Source: Planktothrix tepida (lineage in GTDB: Bacteria > Cyanobacteriota > Cyanobacteriia > Cyanobacteriales > Microcoleaceae). From it: 64,000 bases of DNA. Within the stretch, counting starts at the first letter, position 1, and the number at the start of each line of letters is the position of its first letter. The notes beneath the pieces are model-generated. The model saw only the letters and a list, made by a program, of their open reading frames with translations. It searched no databases and had not been told where the DNA came from. The stretch is taken from NCBI RefSeq assembly GCF_904830955.1, contig NZ_LR882970.1. One strand, given 5' to 3'. The translations under genes were made by a program, and so were the position numbers. This document shows, in pieces, positions 29,569 through 39,698 of the stretch.

Positions 29569-29979
29569 TTAAATCGCCTCAACGATTCCATTAGTGCCAA
29601 TACTAATACTTTTATGGCCTGCACCGCCAGAGTAAATATTGACGGTGAGTTCATTTTTTTCGGCATCATAACTGCCTTTAAAGCCCAGAGGAGTCCCATC
29701 CTGGGTATAAATTAAAATGTTGACTCCCCCCGTTTTTACCTGTGAGAATGGCATAGCCGTTGATTGTCCACTGGCTAAAACTTTCGAGGAATTTTGGCTT
29801 AAACCATACTGAATTGGTTTTCCCGCTTCATTGATGAGTCGAACGGTAAACTTTTGATCCGTTTTAACTCGAAATCCTGTATAAACTTGGGCAAAACTGG
29901 GACTAGGGAAAAGTATTGTTGGAGTAGCGAAACCTACTGTCGCAACTAAAGCAACCGTTGTTAGAATTTTGAGTTTCAT
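29569..29979 (-). CDS. Small secreted hypothetical protein
   Basis: A signal peptide MKLKILTTVALVATVGFATP is present. 136 aa. Confidence 0.45.
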   Translation of the reverse strand: MKLKILTTVALVATVGFATPTILFPSPSFAQVYTGFRVKTDQKFTVRLINEAGKPIQYGLSQNSSKVLASGQSTAMPFSQVKTGGVNILIYTQDGTPLGFKGSYDAEKNELTVNIYSGGAGHKSISIGTNGIVEAI

Positions 29980-30212
29980 AGGTTTTATGGAATTAAAGTA
30001 GAATCAGTGTGTCAATCATTCTAATCTATATTTTTGAGGTTCACACTTTAATTTTTTACCTGAGAAACAAATAACTTTTCTGGCTGATGTCAAATCAAAA
30101 TTTTAGATTTTCTCAACATTTAATGATTGACTTTTTTACTGTTAGTTTTATAAAATTTTAGATTGATTAAAACGGTTGACTGTTAGCTGTTGACTGCTCA
30201 TGTAGCACTATT

Positions 30213-30326
30213 CTTCCCCTCATCTCCCCATCTTCCCATCTTCCCATCTTCCCATCTCCCCTTGTCCCCCCATCCCCCTGTCCCCCTGTCCCCTACTCCC
30301 CACACCCCACTATCCCTTGTCCCCCA
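30213..30326. repeat. C-rich (plus strand) 8-bp microsatellite: TTCCCATC x4 followed by CCCCTTGT-family and CCCCCTGT units
   Basis: Seen directly. It overlaps the last ~30 nt of the minus-strand gene 30293..31228. Confidence 0.85.
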
Positions 30327-31228
30327 GTGGCGCAGACTTGTTCTGCCATTCCCAGGGCGACGGCATCAAATACAGGTGCGGCCCATTGTCGTCCCGCTTC
30401 AATAGACCCGGCTCGTTGAATAATTTCTGCGGCTTGAGCGACTTCAATAATGGCAATTTTAGGATTATATTCGGCGGCTCGTTCAATCATGGGATGCCAT
30501 GCTAAGGAATGACCCTCACGGTTATTTTGACCTCCCCGCACTCTTGGCCCAATATTGACTAAACGTTGTTGTTGATAAAAGGGTGCTAAACGGTTTTGAA
30601 TGCGATATTCCCACCACAAATCACGGGGATGAAGTCCCGTTACTAACATTTGCGCTCCTGGATGAGGGTTAGCTGCATTAGGAATATTAGCATCGGCACT
30701 TAAAACCACCGTTTGTACAGAAGAATTTCCCTTATGAACTCCCGCAATAAAATGTTCTAAAGCTTGAAATCCATCAATCGTTTCTCCATACATAGAAATG
30801 GTCGGAGTTAATACATAAAACTCTAACGCTTCTAAGCGTCGTTTCATTTCTTCAACGGTGATAGAATTCCACACTCGACCGACAGAAACACCATTCACAC
30901 TTGCCCCAGATTGTAGTCCATTCCGGGTATATTGCATCGGTAAAATAGCAATGGGTTTATTGGTATTAATCCGAATCGGAGCAACATCGGCATGAGTCCA
31001 ATTTTCCCCCGTATAATTGTAGCGAACTCGATAAATCCCTTGTCCGGCTTCATATTGATATGACCGACCATCTTCTAAAATAGCAACGGTTTCTGTGGGG
31101 TTGGAATTTCGACATTGAACAATAGAAGTTGGGGAGTTTGTTGGACAGGAGTTTAGAGTTTGGGCTGTAACCGGGTAGGAAAAACCTAATATTAGGGAGG
31201 TTAGACTGAGTGCAATCTGGGTTTTCAT
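30293..31228 (-). CDS. Secreted hypothetical protein
   Basis: A signal peptide is present. 311 aa. It lies downstream of the ABC-3 permease. No ZnuA-type His-rich or DPHxW motifs, so it is not a typical metal-binding lipoprotein. Confidence 0.5.
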   Translation of the reverse strand: MKTQIALSLTSLILGFSYPVTAQTLNSCPTNSPTSIVQCRNSNPTETVAILEDGRSYQYEAGQGIYRVRYNYTGENWTHADVAPIRINTNKPIAILPMQYTRNGLQSGASVNGVSVGRVWNSITVEEMKRRLEALEFYVLTPTISMYGETIDGFQALEHFIAGVHKGNSSVQTVVLSADANIPNAANPHPGAQMLVTGLHPRDLWWEYRIQNRLAPFYQQQRLVNIGPRVRGGQNNREGHSLAWHPMIERAAEYNPKIAIIEVAQAAEIIQRAGSIEAGRQWAAPVFDAVALGMAEQVCATGGQGIVGCGE

Positions 31229-31332
31229 GGAGAATTGACACGTTAATTGAGAAAGCTGTTAAAGCTTCAACAAAGAACTGTAGCATAAATCAGGAAAACT
31301 GAACAAACCCCAAAATTTTTTTTGGCAAAGTG

Positions 31333-32187
31333 TCAAACCTCAACAACTTGTTTAATGAAAGTTTTGAAGCTTAAAGTCAGTAAATAAGCGAAACCTGCGA
31401 CTAAAATAATGGTTGCACCCGATGTTAAGTTAAAAAAGTAAGAAATTCCTAAACCGAGGGTGGTGAAAATCATTCCTAAACTACTGGATAATACCATCAT
31501 TTGTTTTAAATCCTTCACAAATTGTCCTGAAATCGCAGCCGGAATAGTTAACAGGGCAATCACCAAAATTAAACCGACCACTTTCATCACCATGACAACG
31601 GTTAAGGCAATGGCAACAATTAACATTAAATACAGTTGATCAACGGGTACATTTCGAGTTTCGGCAAAAACAGGGTCAAAGGAAATGGCAACTAACTCTT
31701 TATAAAAGAGGATGACCATAACTCCAATTAGAATATCTAATCCCAGCATTAGAATTAAATCGGATTGAGGAACAGTAAGAATACTGCCAAATAAATAACT
31801 CATCAAATCAACTTTATAACCGGGCGTTAAATCAATTAAAATAATGCCAATTGCCATTCCAATCGCCCACATCACCCCAATAATGGTATCGGCTCTTTGT
31901 TGAGTTTTTCGATAGACTAACCCCATTCCTAATGCAGAAAAAACAGAAAATGCGATCGCTCCAAAAACAGGATTAAATTGAAAAAAATAACCCATGCCAA
32001 TACCCCCGTATGCTGCGTGAGCAATTCCGCCACTGATAAATACAATTCGATTGACAACAATAAATGTTCCCATCATGCCACAAGCGATACTCACTAAGAG
32101 TCCGGCTATTAAGGCATTTCGCATAAATTCAAATTGAAATAATTTAATTAATTCTGTTATCATTTTTTGTTCTTGATCAGAATTCAA
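31333..32187 (-). CDS. Metal (Zn/Mn) ABC transporter permease, ABC-3 family (ZnuB/MntB-like)
   Basis: There are 8 or more TM helices. FMRNALIAGLLVSIACGMMGTFIVVNRIVFISGGIAHAAYGGIG is typical of ABC-3 permeases. Confidence 0.85.
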   Translation of the reverse strand: MNSDQEQKMITELIKLFQFEFMRNALIAGLLVSIACGMMGTFIVVNRIVFISGGIAHAAYGGIGMGYFFQFNPVFGAIAFSVFSALGMGLVYRKTQQRADTIIGVMWAIGMAIGIILIDLTPGYKVDLMSYLFGSILTVPQSDLILMLGLDILIGVMVILFYKELVAISFDPVFAETRNVPVDQLYLMLIVAIALTVVMVMKVVGLILVIALLTIPAAISGQFVKDLKQMMVLSSSLGMIFTTLGLGISYFFNLTSGATIILVAGFAYLLTLSFKTFIKQVVEV

Positions 32188-32463
32188 TCGTTTTATTCTA
32201 TAATTTTTTAGGGTGTTTTTTATTTTCTATTTCTAATTTTCTATTTTTTATCTCCTCTTTTAATCACTAATTTACCATAATCAGTCCTGAATCCAAGGGG
32301 GTCTACAGATACCTGAAAAGCAGGATTTTTCAAAAAAGAGGGTGTTATATGAAGCCAGATTAGCCTTGTGTAAAGATTAGGTAAAAGTGCTTGCATCAGG
32401 CAATTAGATGAAATAATCTAAACACTAAGGATTTGCATTAATTGACACCCTAATGTTGCTGCT

Positions 32464-33039
32464 ATGTTCAGATTACCAGACTCTAACCTTAACTCCCGTT
32501 TAGCCTTTTTCCCGGTCGGATCTGCTGAAACAACATCCTCAGAGATTGCTTTTTTTGCTGCCGATGTTCCCAATTTACCTATCCTCCTCAATGGTTTAAT
32601 GCCGGGGGTTGAAGCGATTATTCTTGAGGCAAATGGCACAGAATTGCAACAAATCGCTGATATCCTGAAAACAAAGCAATATCGCGCAGTCCATATTTTT
32701 TCTCACGGTAAAGCGGGAGAAATGGGATTAGGGAAAACAACCCTCACCCAAGATAACATCTATAATGATGCCTCAATTATTCGAGAATGGAAACAAGGTC
32801 TAACTCCCCGGTCTGAGATTTTATTGTATGGATCTAATATTGCCAAGTCTTCTAATGTTTTGATTACGATACTATCGGAACTTACAGAAGCTAATATTAC
32901 CGTCTCAAACAATTTTAATACAAATTCGTCTTTAGAGGGAGATTTGGGCTTAAAAGTCCATACTGAAAGCATCAAACCCCCCCTGGCAATCCAACTGTTT
33001 GCGTTTCAATCCCCCCTTTTACCATTATCAATTGCCTAA
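32464..33039 (+). CDS. Hypothetical protein (DUF4347-like N-terminal-domain protein, stand-alone)
   Basis: 191 aa. Its pattern resembles the N-terminal domain found on large cyanobacterial cadherin/RTX-like proteins. No catalytic motif. Confidence 0.35.
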   Translation: MFRLPDSNLNSRLAFFPVGSAETTSSEIAFFAADVPNLPILLNGLMPGVEAIILEANGTELQQIADILKTKQYRAVHIFSHGKAGEMGLGKTTLTQDNIYNDASIIREWKQGLTPRSEILLYGSNIAKSSNVLITILSELTEANITVSNNFNTNSSLEGDLGLKVHTESIKPPLAIQLFAFQSPLLPLSIA

Positions 33040-33075
33040 AAAAACAGGCTACTGATAAAATTGTGGCTAAATTTA

Positions 33076-34086
33076 TTAAAATAAAGCCCCAATAGAACGC
33101 CCCATATTTTCCAGTTTCATCGCTTCTATTGCTGCGGTTGGTTCATAACCACAGTGAACCATACAATCTGCACATTTGGGATTTCCACTCGATTTTCCGT
33201 ATTTTGTCCAGTCGGTTTTTTCCAATAATTCTTGATAACTGGAATAATACCCTTCATTTAATAAATAACAGGGTTTTTGCCATCCTAAAACACTGTAACT
33301 TGGGCTTCCCCAAGGGGTACAATCATAATCTTCTTCTCCGATCAGAAAATCGAGGAATAAGGGATTATGATTAAAATTCCATTTCTTTTTCCCTAATTTA
33401 TAGGGAGATAAAATTTCACGAAATAAGGCTTTGGTTTGTTCTCGTTTGAGGAAATGGTCTTGATCCGGTGCCCATTCATAACTATAACCGGGAGAAATCA
33501 TCATTCCATCCACACCCAAAGTTTCCAGAAAATCAAAGAATTTCTGCATTTCCTGGGGGTTAGTTCCTTCAAATACCGTTGTATTGGTTGTGACTCTAAA
33601 TCCTTTTGATTTTGCGGTTTTAATCGCTTGAACTGCAATATCAAACACGCCTTCTCGGTCTACACATTGATCATGATGTTCTTTTAATCCATCTAAATGC
33701 ACACTAAAGGTTAAATAGGGAGAGGGTTTAAATTTATCTAAACTTTTTTCCAATAAAATTCCATTGGTACACAAATAAATAAATTTTTTGCGGGCGACTA
33801 ACCCAGCTACAATTTCATCAATTTGCGGATGTAATAAAGGTTCACCCCCAGGGATAGAGACCACAGGAGCACCACATTCTTCAACGGCTTTAAAACAATC
33901 TTCCGGCGTTAAATTTTGCTTGAGAATTTCTTTCGGATGTTGAATCTTTCCGCACCCAGAACAAGCTAAATTACACCGAAATAACGGTTCTAACATTAAC
34001 ACCAGGGGAAATTTTTTCCGCCCCATTAACCGTTGCATGAATAAATATTTACCAACGGCGATCGCTTGTTCAATTTGAATAGCCAT
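33076..34086 (-). CDS. hpnH: Hopanoid-biosynthesis-associated radical SAM protein (adenosylhopane synthase-like)
   Basis: The N-terminal [29 protein letters not shown] segment contains CxxxCxxC. 336 aa. Confidence 0.75.
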   Translation of the reverse strand: MAIQIEQAIAVGKYLFMQRLMGRKKFPLVLMLEPLFRCNLACSGCGKIQHPKEILKQNLTPEDCFKAVEECGAPVVSIPGGEPLLHPQIDEIVAGLVARKKFIYLCTNGILLEKSLDKFKPSPYLTFSVHLDGLKEHHDQCVDREGVFDIAVQAIKTAKSKGFRVTTNTTVFEGTNPQEMQKFFDFLETLGVDGMMISPGYSYEWAPDQDHFLKREQTKALFREILSPYKLGKKKWNFNHNPLFLDFLIGEEDYDCTPWGSPSYSVLGWQKPCYLLNEGYYSSYQELLEKTDWTKYGKSSGNPKCADCMVHCGYEPTAAIEAMKLENMGRSIGALF

Positions 34087-34107
34087 TTTTCTCCTCTCAC
34101 CTGAAAC

Positions 34108-35082
34108 TTATTGTGATAACATAAACCAATTAACGGCATCTTTCAAGGCAGTTTTAATCGAAGATTGAGGTAAACCCAATTCTTGAACCGCTTTTGAGGC
34201 ATTATAATACATCGATTGTCGGGACATTCTCACGCCATCTAAGGGGATAGAAGGGGTTTTCCCTAGCCGTGATAAAATCATTTCATCGACCCAGGCAACG
34301 CTTAAGGGAAGCCAAATCGGGATAGTTTTTTGAGGGGCGGGTAAACCTGTAATTTCTGATAATAAGTCTAAAAATTCTTTTAAGGTTAAATTTTGATGAC
34401 CTAAAATATAACGTTCTCCCGTTTTTCCTTTTTCTAAAGCGAGAAAATGACCTTGGGCGACATCTCGGACATCAATAAAATTTAATCCGGTATTCACATA
34501 GGCGGGCATTTTTCGGTTCAGGAAGCGTAATATTAACTCCCCTGTGGGTGTAGGTTTAATATCCCAAGGCCCAATAGGGGTACTGGGATTAACAATCACA
34601 ATATCTTGACCTAATTTTACCGCATGATGGGCTTCTTGTTCTGCCCAATATTTAGATTTTTTATAATATCCGACTAAATTCTCAACGGGACTTTGATAGG
34701 TTTCATCCACCACAACGCCGGGTTTTACCCCAATAGCAGCAACGGAACTGGTATAAATCGTGCGTTCAATTCCCACTTGTCTGGCGGCGGCTAAAATATT
34801 ACGAGTTCCGAAAATATTATAGCGTTCTAATAAGGATTTATCCTTCTGCCATAAAGAATAATGGGCAGCACAATGGAATAAAACTTGACAGCCTTTTAAA
34901 GATTGAGATAAATTAGAATTTGTTAAATTTCCTTCAACAATTTCAACATCTAAATTCTTTAAGTTTTCTAAATTACTATTAGGACGAACTAACGCTCGAA
35001 CCGCATAGTTATTGTTTAATAATAGTCGAACTAAATTCGCTCCAATAAATCCCGTCCCACCGGTTACAAAAGCTTTGATCAT
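34108..35082 (-). CDS. hpnA: NAD-dependent epimerase/dehydratase (hopanoid-associated HpnA-like)
   Basis: The Rossmann motif VTGGTGFIGANLV and a YxxxK motif (YYKKSK) are present. It is immediately downstream of hpnH. Confidence 0.65.
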   Translation of the reverse strand: MIKAFVTGGTGFIGANLVRLLLNNNYAVRALVRPNSNLENLKNLDVEIVEGNLTNSNLSQSLKGCQVLFHCAAHYSLWQKDKSLLERYNIFGTRNILAAARQVGIERTIYTSSVAAIGVKPGVVVDETYQSPVENLVGYYKKSKYWAEQEAHHAVKLGQDIVIVNPSTPIGPWDIKPTPTGELILRFLNRKMPAYVNTGLNFIDVRDVAQGHFLALEKGKTGERYILGHQNLTLKEFLDLLSEITGLPAPQKTIPIWLPLSVAWVDEMILSRLGKTPSIPLDGVRMSRQSMYYNASKAVQELGLPQSSIKTALKDAVNWFMLSQ

Positions 35083-35133
35083 GAGGGTTGCTTTGAGAAA
35101 AAAAGAAGGAGGCGTGAACGCCTCACAACGATT

Positions 35134-36009
35134 TTAACGACGTCTTCTAGCCCCAGAGGAAGAACGACTGCGGGAACCACTGCCAAAACTAGGTTTGCGT
35201 TGTTGGGTTGAGCCTTTATTGGGGGACTGACGTAAATCTGTTGCGCCAACACCCGAACCCGTTGAACGGCTGGAATTGGGGGAAGTCCGACGATTTACGG
35301 AGGAATTCGGACTGGAGTTGCGGATATTTCCGGTGGTGCGTAAGGTTGTACGATTTTTCACCGCCGCTGGGGGACTATTATAACGAGTCCGATAGTCGTT
35401 CACCGCTTGGTTATAGCTAGAACCATACCCTCCATATCCGATTAAAGGGCCTCCCGATACATACACCGGAGGGACATAATAACGGGGGGCAAATAATGTA
35501 TTAGCGATGGCACTTCCAGCAAAAGAGGCGGCAAAAGGTGTCCAGAAACTCGATTCTTGGCGGACAACAATGGTTTGGGGTTGACCTGTGGCGGGGTCAG
35601 GCTGGGTTTCAGTGACGTTATGAACGTATTCAATCCGAAAATCGGGCGTTAAATAAAAAACGGGTTGACCGTTATTAATATCTAAGTTGCTTTTTTCTCC
35701 GGCTTTGATTTGTTCATCCGTTAACTGTGCCATCTGTAAATTGGAGGTTTGATAGGTGGCAGATTTACCCGCAGGAGTATTCAATAACATCAGGGTATAG
35801 GTTCCATCCACATCATTATATTGAGCTTGTTGAACGGGATATTTACCCTCTTTAACTTGATTGGTTGGAGCCGATACAACCGGAGTTGATTGTTGAACCC
35901 TAGATGAAGTTGTTGAAGACCCACAGGCAACTGTTGTCCAACAAAAGGTGAGTGAAATGAACAGAATTAAAAGCTTTTTCCACATAAACCAATTAACTTT
36001 TGTGAACAT
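35134..36009 (-). CDS. Hypothetical lipoprotein with a Ser/Arg-rich basic C-terminal tail
   Basis: A signal peptide with a lipobox-like TTVAC is present. The C-terminal ~80 aa are low-complexity S/R/N-rich. Confidence 0.45.
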   Translation of the reverse strand: MFTKVNWFMWKKLLILFISLTFCWTTVACGSSTTSSRVQQSTPVVSAPTNQVKEGKYPVQQAQYNDVDGTYTLMLLNTPAGKSATYQTSNLQMAQLTDEQIKAGEKSNLDINNGQPVFYLTPDFRIEYVHNVTETQPDPATGQPQTIVVRQESSFWTPFAASFAGSAIANTLFAPRYYVPPVYVSGGPLIGYGGYGSSYNQAVNDYRTRYNSPPAAVKNRTTLRTTGNIRNSSPNSSVNRRTSPNSSRSTGSGVGATDLRQSPNKGSTQQRKPSFGSGSRSRSSSGARRRR

Positions 36010-36086
36010 TGACTTGCTCCAACATTAAACCAAAAATCGGTTGAGTTAGATAAACTTGTTGAAAGCAGGAAAACCGATGCTATTCC

Positions 36087-36689
36087 TTAAAGCGGAATCA
36101 GTTCCGGGAAATTCTGCAATAATTGATCATTGGTTAACTCATCTCCTAAACGAGCCGGAGAAAAATGAATTTGAATTCCTCTGAGTCTGCCTTGATAGTG
36201 AAGATTAATTAATGCTTTTAACCCTCGATTCATCGCCTCCATACTCGCTAAATCTGTTTCTAAATCGGGAACTTCTCCTTCACTAACTATTGTAATCATT
36301 ACCACTAAATTGTGGGTGATGGGTAAGGACAGAGGTTGATTTTCATACATCGGTTGAGATAAGTCAGGTTCGCTCAAATACCGTTGGCCAGAGTCGGTGA
36401 ACAGTTCGTTAAAGTAATCTGCGGCTTCTCCTTCGTTCCAAACTACATCCCCTTCATTCGATCCTGACTGCCAATAGGTATCATACTGAAGTAGACTTTG
36501 GCAAACTTGGACTAATGCTTCTCCGGCCACCTCCAAGTCTCCCTCGGCTTCAATGACGTTTCTGGCGGCTTGGTTGAGTACCCCTAATAGTGGCGCCACC
36601 TCATCACCGCCTAAATGCAGAAACAAACGACTGACCACAAACCGGGTTTTTCCTATCATGCGATTAAAGCGATCGCCTAAAGGAGCCAT
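36087..36689 (-). CDS. Hypothetical acidic protein
   Basis: 200-aa ORF with good coding character. No recognisable domain. Confidence 0.4.
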   Translation of the reverse strand: MAPLGDRFNRMIGKTRFVVSRLFLHLGGDEVAPLLGVLNQAARNVIEAEGDLEVAGEALVQVCQSLLQYDTYWQSGSNEGDVVWNEGEAADYFNELFTDSGQRYLSEPDLSQPMYENQPLSLPITHNLVVMITIVSEGEVPDLETDLASMEAMNRGLKALINLHYQGRLRGIQIHFSPARLGDELTNDQLLQNFPELIPL

Positions 36690-36806
36690 AATTGGATCAC
36701 TCCCAAATCATTATTACTATTTAATTAGCATATCGTTTTAGGCTATCCTGTTGTCAGCCATCCGTTCTTGATTTTAGGGTGGTAATGTTCTCTGATATTA
36801 ATTCTT

Positions 36807-38231
36807 ATGAACTCAACGCCTTCTGCAACGGTTTCTCCTCCAGAAAAGCTCAGTTTATCTACAAAATTAGCCTTTGGTGCGGGAGATTTAGGCCCTGCAA
36901 TTACGGCAAATATTTCTGTATTTTTTGTTTTGGTTTTTCTGACTAATGTTGCGGGTTTACCTGCGGGATTAGCTGGAAGTGTGTTAATGGTAGGAAAAAT
37001 TTGGGATGCTATTAATGATCCCATTGTAGGGGTTTTAAGCGATCGCACGGTTCATCCTTGGGGAAGACGTTATCCTTGGATGGTTTTTGGTGCAATTCCC
37101 TTTGGAATTTTATTTTTTTTACAGTGGATCGTTCCTAGTAATAATAACTCGGTTTTGTTTTGGTATTATGTGATTATTGGGATTTTATTTAATACGGCTT
37201 ATACTGCTGTTAATTTACCTTATACCGCTTTAACCCCTGAATTAACCAAGGACTATAACGAACGAACCAGTTTAAATAGTTTTCGCTTCGCGTTTTCGAT
37301 TGGGGGTAGTATTTTTTCTTTAATTTTAGCACAAATTATTTTTGGCTTTTTTCCCAATGCCCCTTATCAACGCTATTTAATTTTAGGAGCGGTTTGTGGT
37401 TTTTTATCTGTTCTCCCACTTTTTTGGTGTTTTTTAGGAACCCGTAAACAAGTTTTCTCTCGACAAGTTGGAGAAACGATTGAGGATAATTCCGAAAGTC
37501 TTCCTATTGCTGAACAAATTAAAGTTGCTCTCAGTAATCGACCTTTTTTATTAGTGATTGGAATTTATCTCTGTTCCTGGTTAGGCGTTCAATTGACGGC
37601 TTCTATTTTGCCTTATTTTGTCGTCAATTGGATGAAACTTCCTGAAACCACTTTTCCCCAGGTTGCCATTGCTGTTCAAGGAACGGCTTTAGTAATGTTA
37701 TTTGTTTGGAATTTAGTGAGTCAACGCTATGGAAAAAAAGCCGTTTATTTTATGGGGATGGGATTATGGATTGTTACTCAAGCAGGTTTATTTTTCCTGC
37801 AACCGGGACAAACTACGTTAATGTATATTCTAGCAATTTTAGCCGGATGTGGTGTGGCAACAGCCTATTTAGTTCCTTGGTCAATGATTCCTGATGTGAT
37901 TGATTTAGATGAATTAAATACCGGACAAAGACGAGAAGGGGTTTTTTATTCGTTTATGGTGTTATTGCAAAAAATTGGATTAGCCATTGGGTTATTTTTA
38001 GTCGGACAAGCCTTAGATTTTGCCGGATTTATTTCCAGTATTCCGGGTCAAATTCCCCCCATTCAACCAGACTCTGCTCTGTTAGCCATTCGCTTTGCTA
38101 TTGGCCCGTTACCGACAATTATCTTAATTATTGGGATGATTTTTACTTTTTTATATCCGATTACAAAAGAAGTTCACGCCGATATTTTACTCCAACTCAG
38201 CGAAAGAAAACGCAACGAAACTCTGGATTAA
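36807..38231 (+). CDS. MFS transporter, glycoside-pentoside-hexuronide:cation symporter-like
   Basis: 12 predicted TM segments. A GPH-type N-terminal pattern (KLAFGAGDLG) and a conserved Asp/Arg motif are present. 474 aa. Confidence 0.8.
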   Translation: MNSTPSATVSPPEKLSLSTKLAFGAGDLGPAITANISVFFVLVFLTNVAGLPAGLAGSVLMVGKIWDAINDPIVGVLSDRTVHPWGRRYPWMVFGAIPFGILFFLQWIVPSNNNSVLFWYYVIIGILFNTAYTAVNLPYTALTPELTKDYNERTSLNSFRFAFSIGGSIFSLILAQIIFGFFPNAPYQRYLILGAVCGFLSVLPLFWCFLGTRKQVFSRQVGETIEDNSESLPIAEQIKVALSNRPFLLVIGIYLCSWLGVQLTASILPYFVVNWMKLPETTFPQVAIAVQGTALVMLFVWNLVSQRYGKKAVYFMGMGLWIVTQAGLFFLQPGQTTLMYILAILAGCGVATAYLVPWSMIPDVIDLDELNTGQRREGVFYSFMVLLQKIGLAIGLFLVGQALDFAGFISSIPGQIPPIQPDSALLAIRFAIGPLPTIILIIGMIFTFLYPITKEVHADILLQLSERKRNETLD

Positions 38232-38364
38232 AATTGCGTAGGAATATGTACTTAAAATCTCTATCTCATCCCTGAGATTGAAAGGAGATTTTTGTTTTCC
38301 ATTTATTGGATAATGTGGTAATATAGTAAACAAATAATATTAATACCGCCATTGAGTTCCCACA

Positions 38365-38760
38365 ATGACAAATTCCACTTTAAAATCCATGCAACCGACT
38401 TCAAGCTGCGACTATTTACAATTATCTCCCGCCGCCTTAGCGTTGATGGCAGACTTTTTTAAAGTGTTATCGGAAGTCAGTCGTTTACAAATTGTTTGTT
38501 GTTTAAAATCCGGGGCTAAAAATGTGACCCAAATTATTGAAGCAACGGGATTAGGACAGGCGAATGTTTCTAAACATTTAAAAGTTTTAGCTCAAGCTGG
38601 AATTGTTACCCGGACTCAACAAGGCGTGAGCGTTTATTATGAAATTACCAATCCCTTTTTATTTGAAGTGTGCGATTTAGTCTGTGAATCTTTAGTGGCT
38701 CAAATGCATCAGCAAAATCAACAGTTAGAACAACTACGGGCTTTGAAAACTGCTGTTTAG
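38365..38760 (+). CDS. ArsR/SmtB-family metalloregulatory transcriptional repressor
   Basis: A winged HTH is present (NVTQIIEATGLGQANVSKHLKVLAQAGIV). A CC pair sits in the alpha-3 region (QIVCCLK), as in SmtB-like metal sensors. Confidence 0.8.
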   Translation: MTNSTLKSMQPTSSCDYLQLSPAALALMADFFKVLSEVSRLQIVCCLKSGAKNVTQIIEATGLGQANVSKHLKVLAQAGIVTRTQQGVSVYYEITNPFLFEVCDLVCESLVAQMHQQNQQLEQLRALKTAV

Positions 38761-38777
38761 TTGTTCTTTTATCCCTC

Positions 38778-39539
38778 ATGGTACTTGATATTATTATGAA
38801 TGTCGATGAATTTCTCCGAAGATATGCAGCGGCGGAACGTAATTTTCCTGAGATTGACTTATCTTCTGTTGATTTACAAGAAGCCAATTTAGTGAACTTA
38901 AACCTCACCAGAGCTAACTTAAGTTATTCGGATTTACGAGAAGCGAGATTAGGAAAAGCTAACCTGTCTAAAGCCAATCTTGTCCAGGCTAACTTAAGTG
39001 AAACTATTCTCTGGGGGGCTGATTTAACTGAAGCCAATTTATATCAAGCTCAGTTACGAGAAGCCGATTTAACTGGGGCGAAACTTTTTAAGGCATCCTT
39101 AAAACAAGCCCAACTCATGAAAGCGTGTTTATCGGGATGTGATTTAAGAAATGTCAATCTTTTCCAAGCAATTCTTTTTGAAGCTAATTTTCGCCCCAAT
39201 CATAATCAACAAACGGATTTAAGTTATGCGATTTTAGCGGAAGCCGATTTAAGTTATGCCAATTTTAGTGGGGCGATTTTACATCAAGCTAACTTGGAAA
39301 AAGCCAAGCTCTGTCACTCTATTTTTGGGGTTTCGGGTTTAGGGCTTTTAAGCTCTGAACAAAGTTATCATACCAACCTCAGCGAAGTCAATTTAAAAGG
39401 GGCTGATTTAAGTTATGCGGATTTAAGTGGGGCTAATCTATGCAATGCTGATTTGCGAGGTGCTGATTTAACTCGCACCATTTTAACGGATGCTAATCTC
39501 AATGGGGTGATTATGCCAGATGGTAGTATTCATGATTAA
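38778..39539 (+). CDS. Pentapeptide-repeat protein
   Basis: Tandem A(D/N)LxxA(N/D)L pentapeptide repeats run through the sequence. Confidence 0.85.
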   Translation: MVLDIIMNVDEFLRRYAAAERNFPEIDLSSVDLQEANLVNLNLTRANLSYSDLREARLGKANLSKANLVQANLSETILWGADLTEANLYQAQLREADLTGAKLFKASLKQAQLMKACLSGCDLRNVNLFQAILFEANFRPNHNQQTDLSYAILAEADLSYANFSGAILHQANLEKAKLCHSIFGVSGLGLLSSEQSYHTNLSEVNLKGADLSYADLSGANLCNADLRGADLTRTILTDANLNGVIMPDGSIHD

Positions 39540-39698
39540 GGATTCTGTAGAAACGGGGCTTTGAACAAGATAAAATTGATGAAAAAACCCAGTTTCTCTC
39601 GGAATTAATATTTAGTTTAGGAGTGTAGTTCCATAGGATTATCCTTAATCTTCTACACCCCAAACCTGCTCTAAATCCCAGGTTTTGAGAATCGCAAC

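Noticed and set aside
24968-30326. Possible CRISPR array suggested by the three repeat blocks
   Set aside because: The units are 7-8 bp in perfect tandem with no spacers. That is nothing like CRISPR repeats of 28-37 bp separated by unique spacers. No cas genes are nearby.
30293-31228. 311-aa secreted protein as the ZnuA/MntC substrate-binding partner of the ABC-3 permease
   Set aside because: It lacks the His-rich loop and the conserved metal-ligand motifs of TroA-like binding proteins. It is kept as a generic secreted hypothetical.
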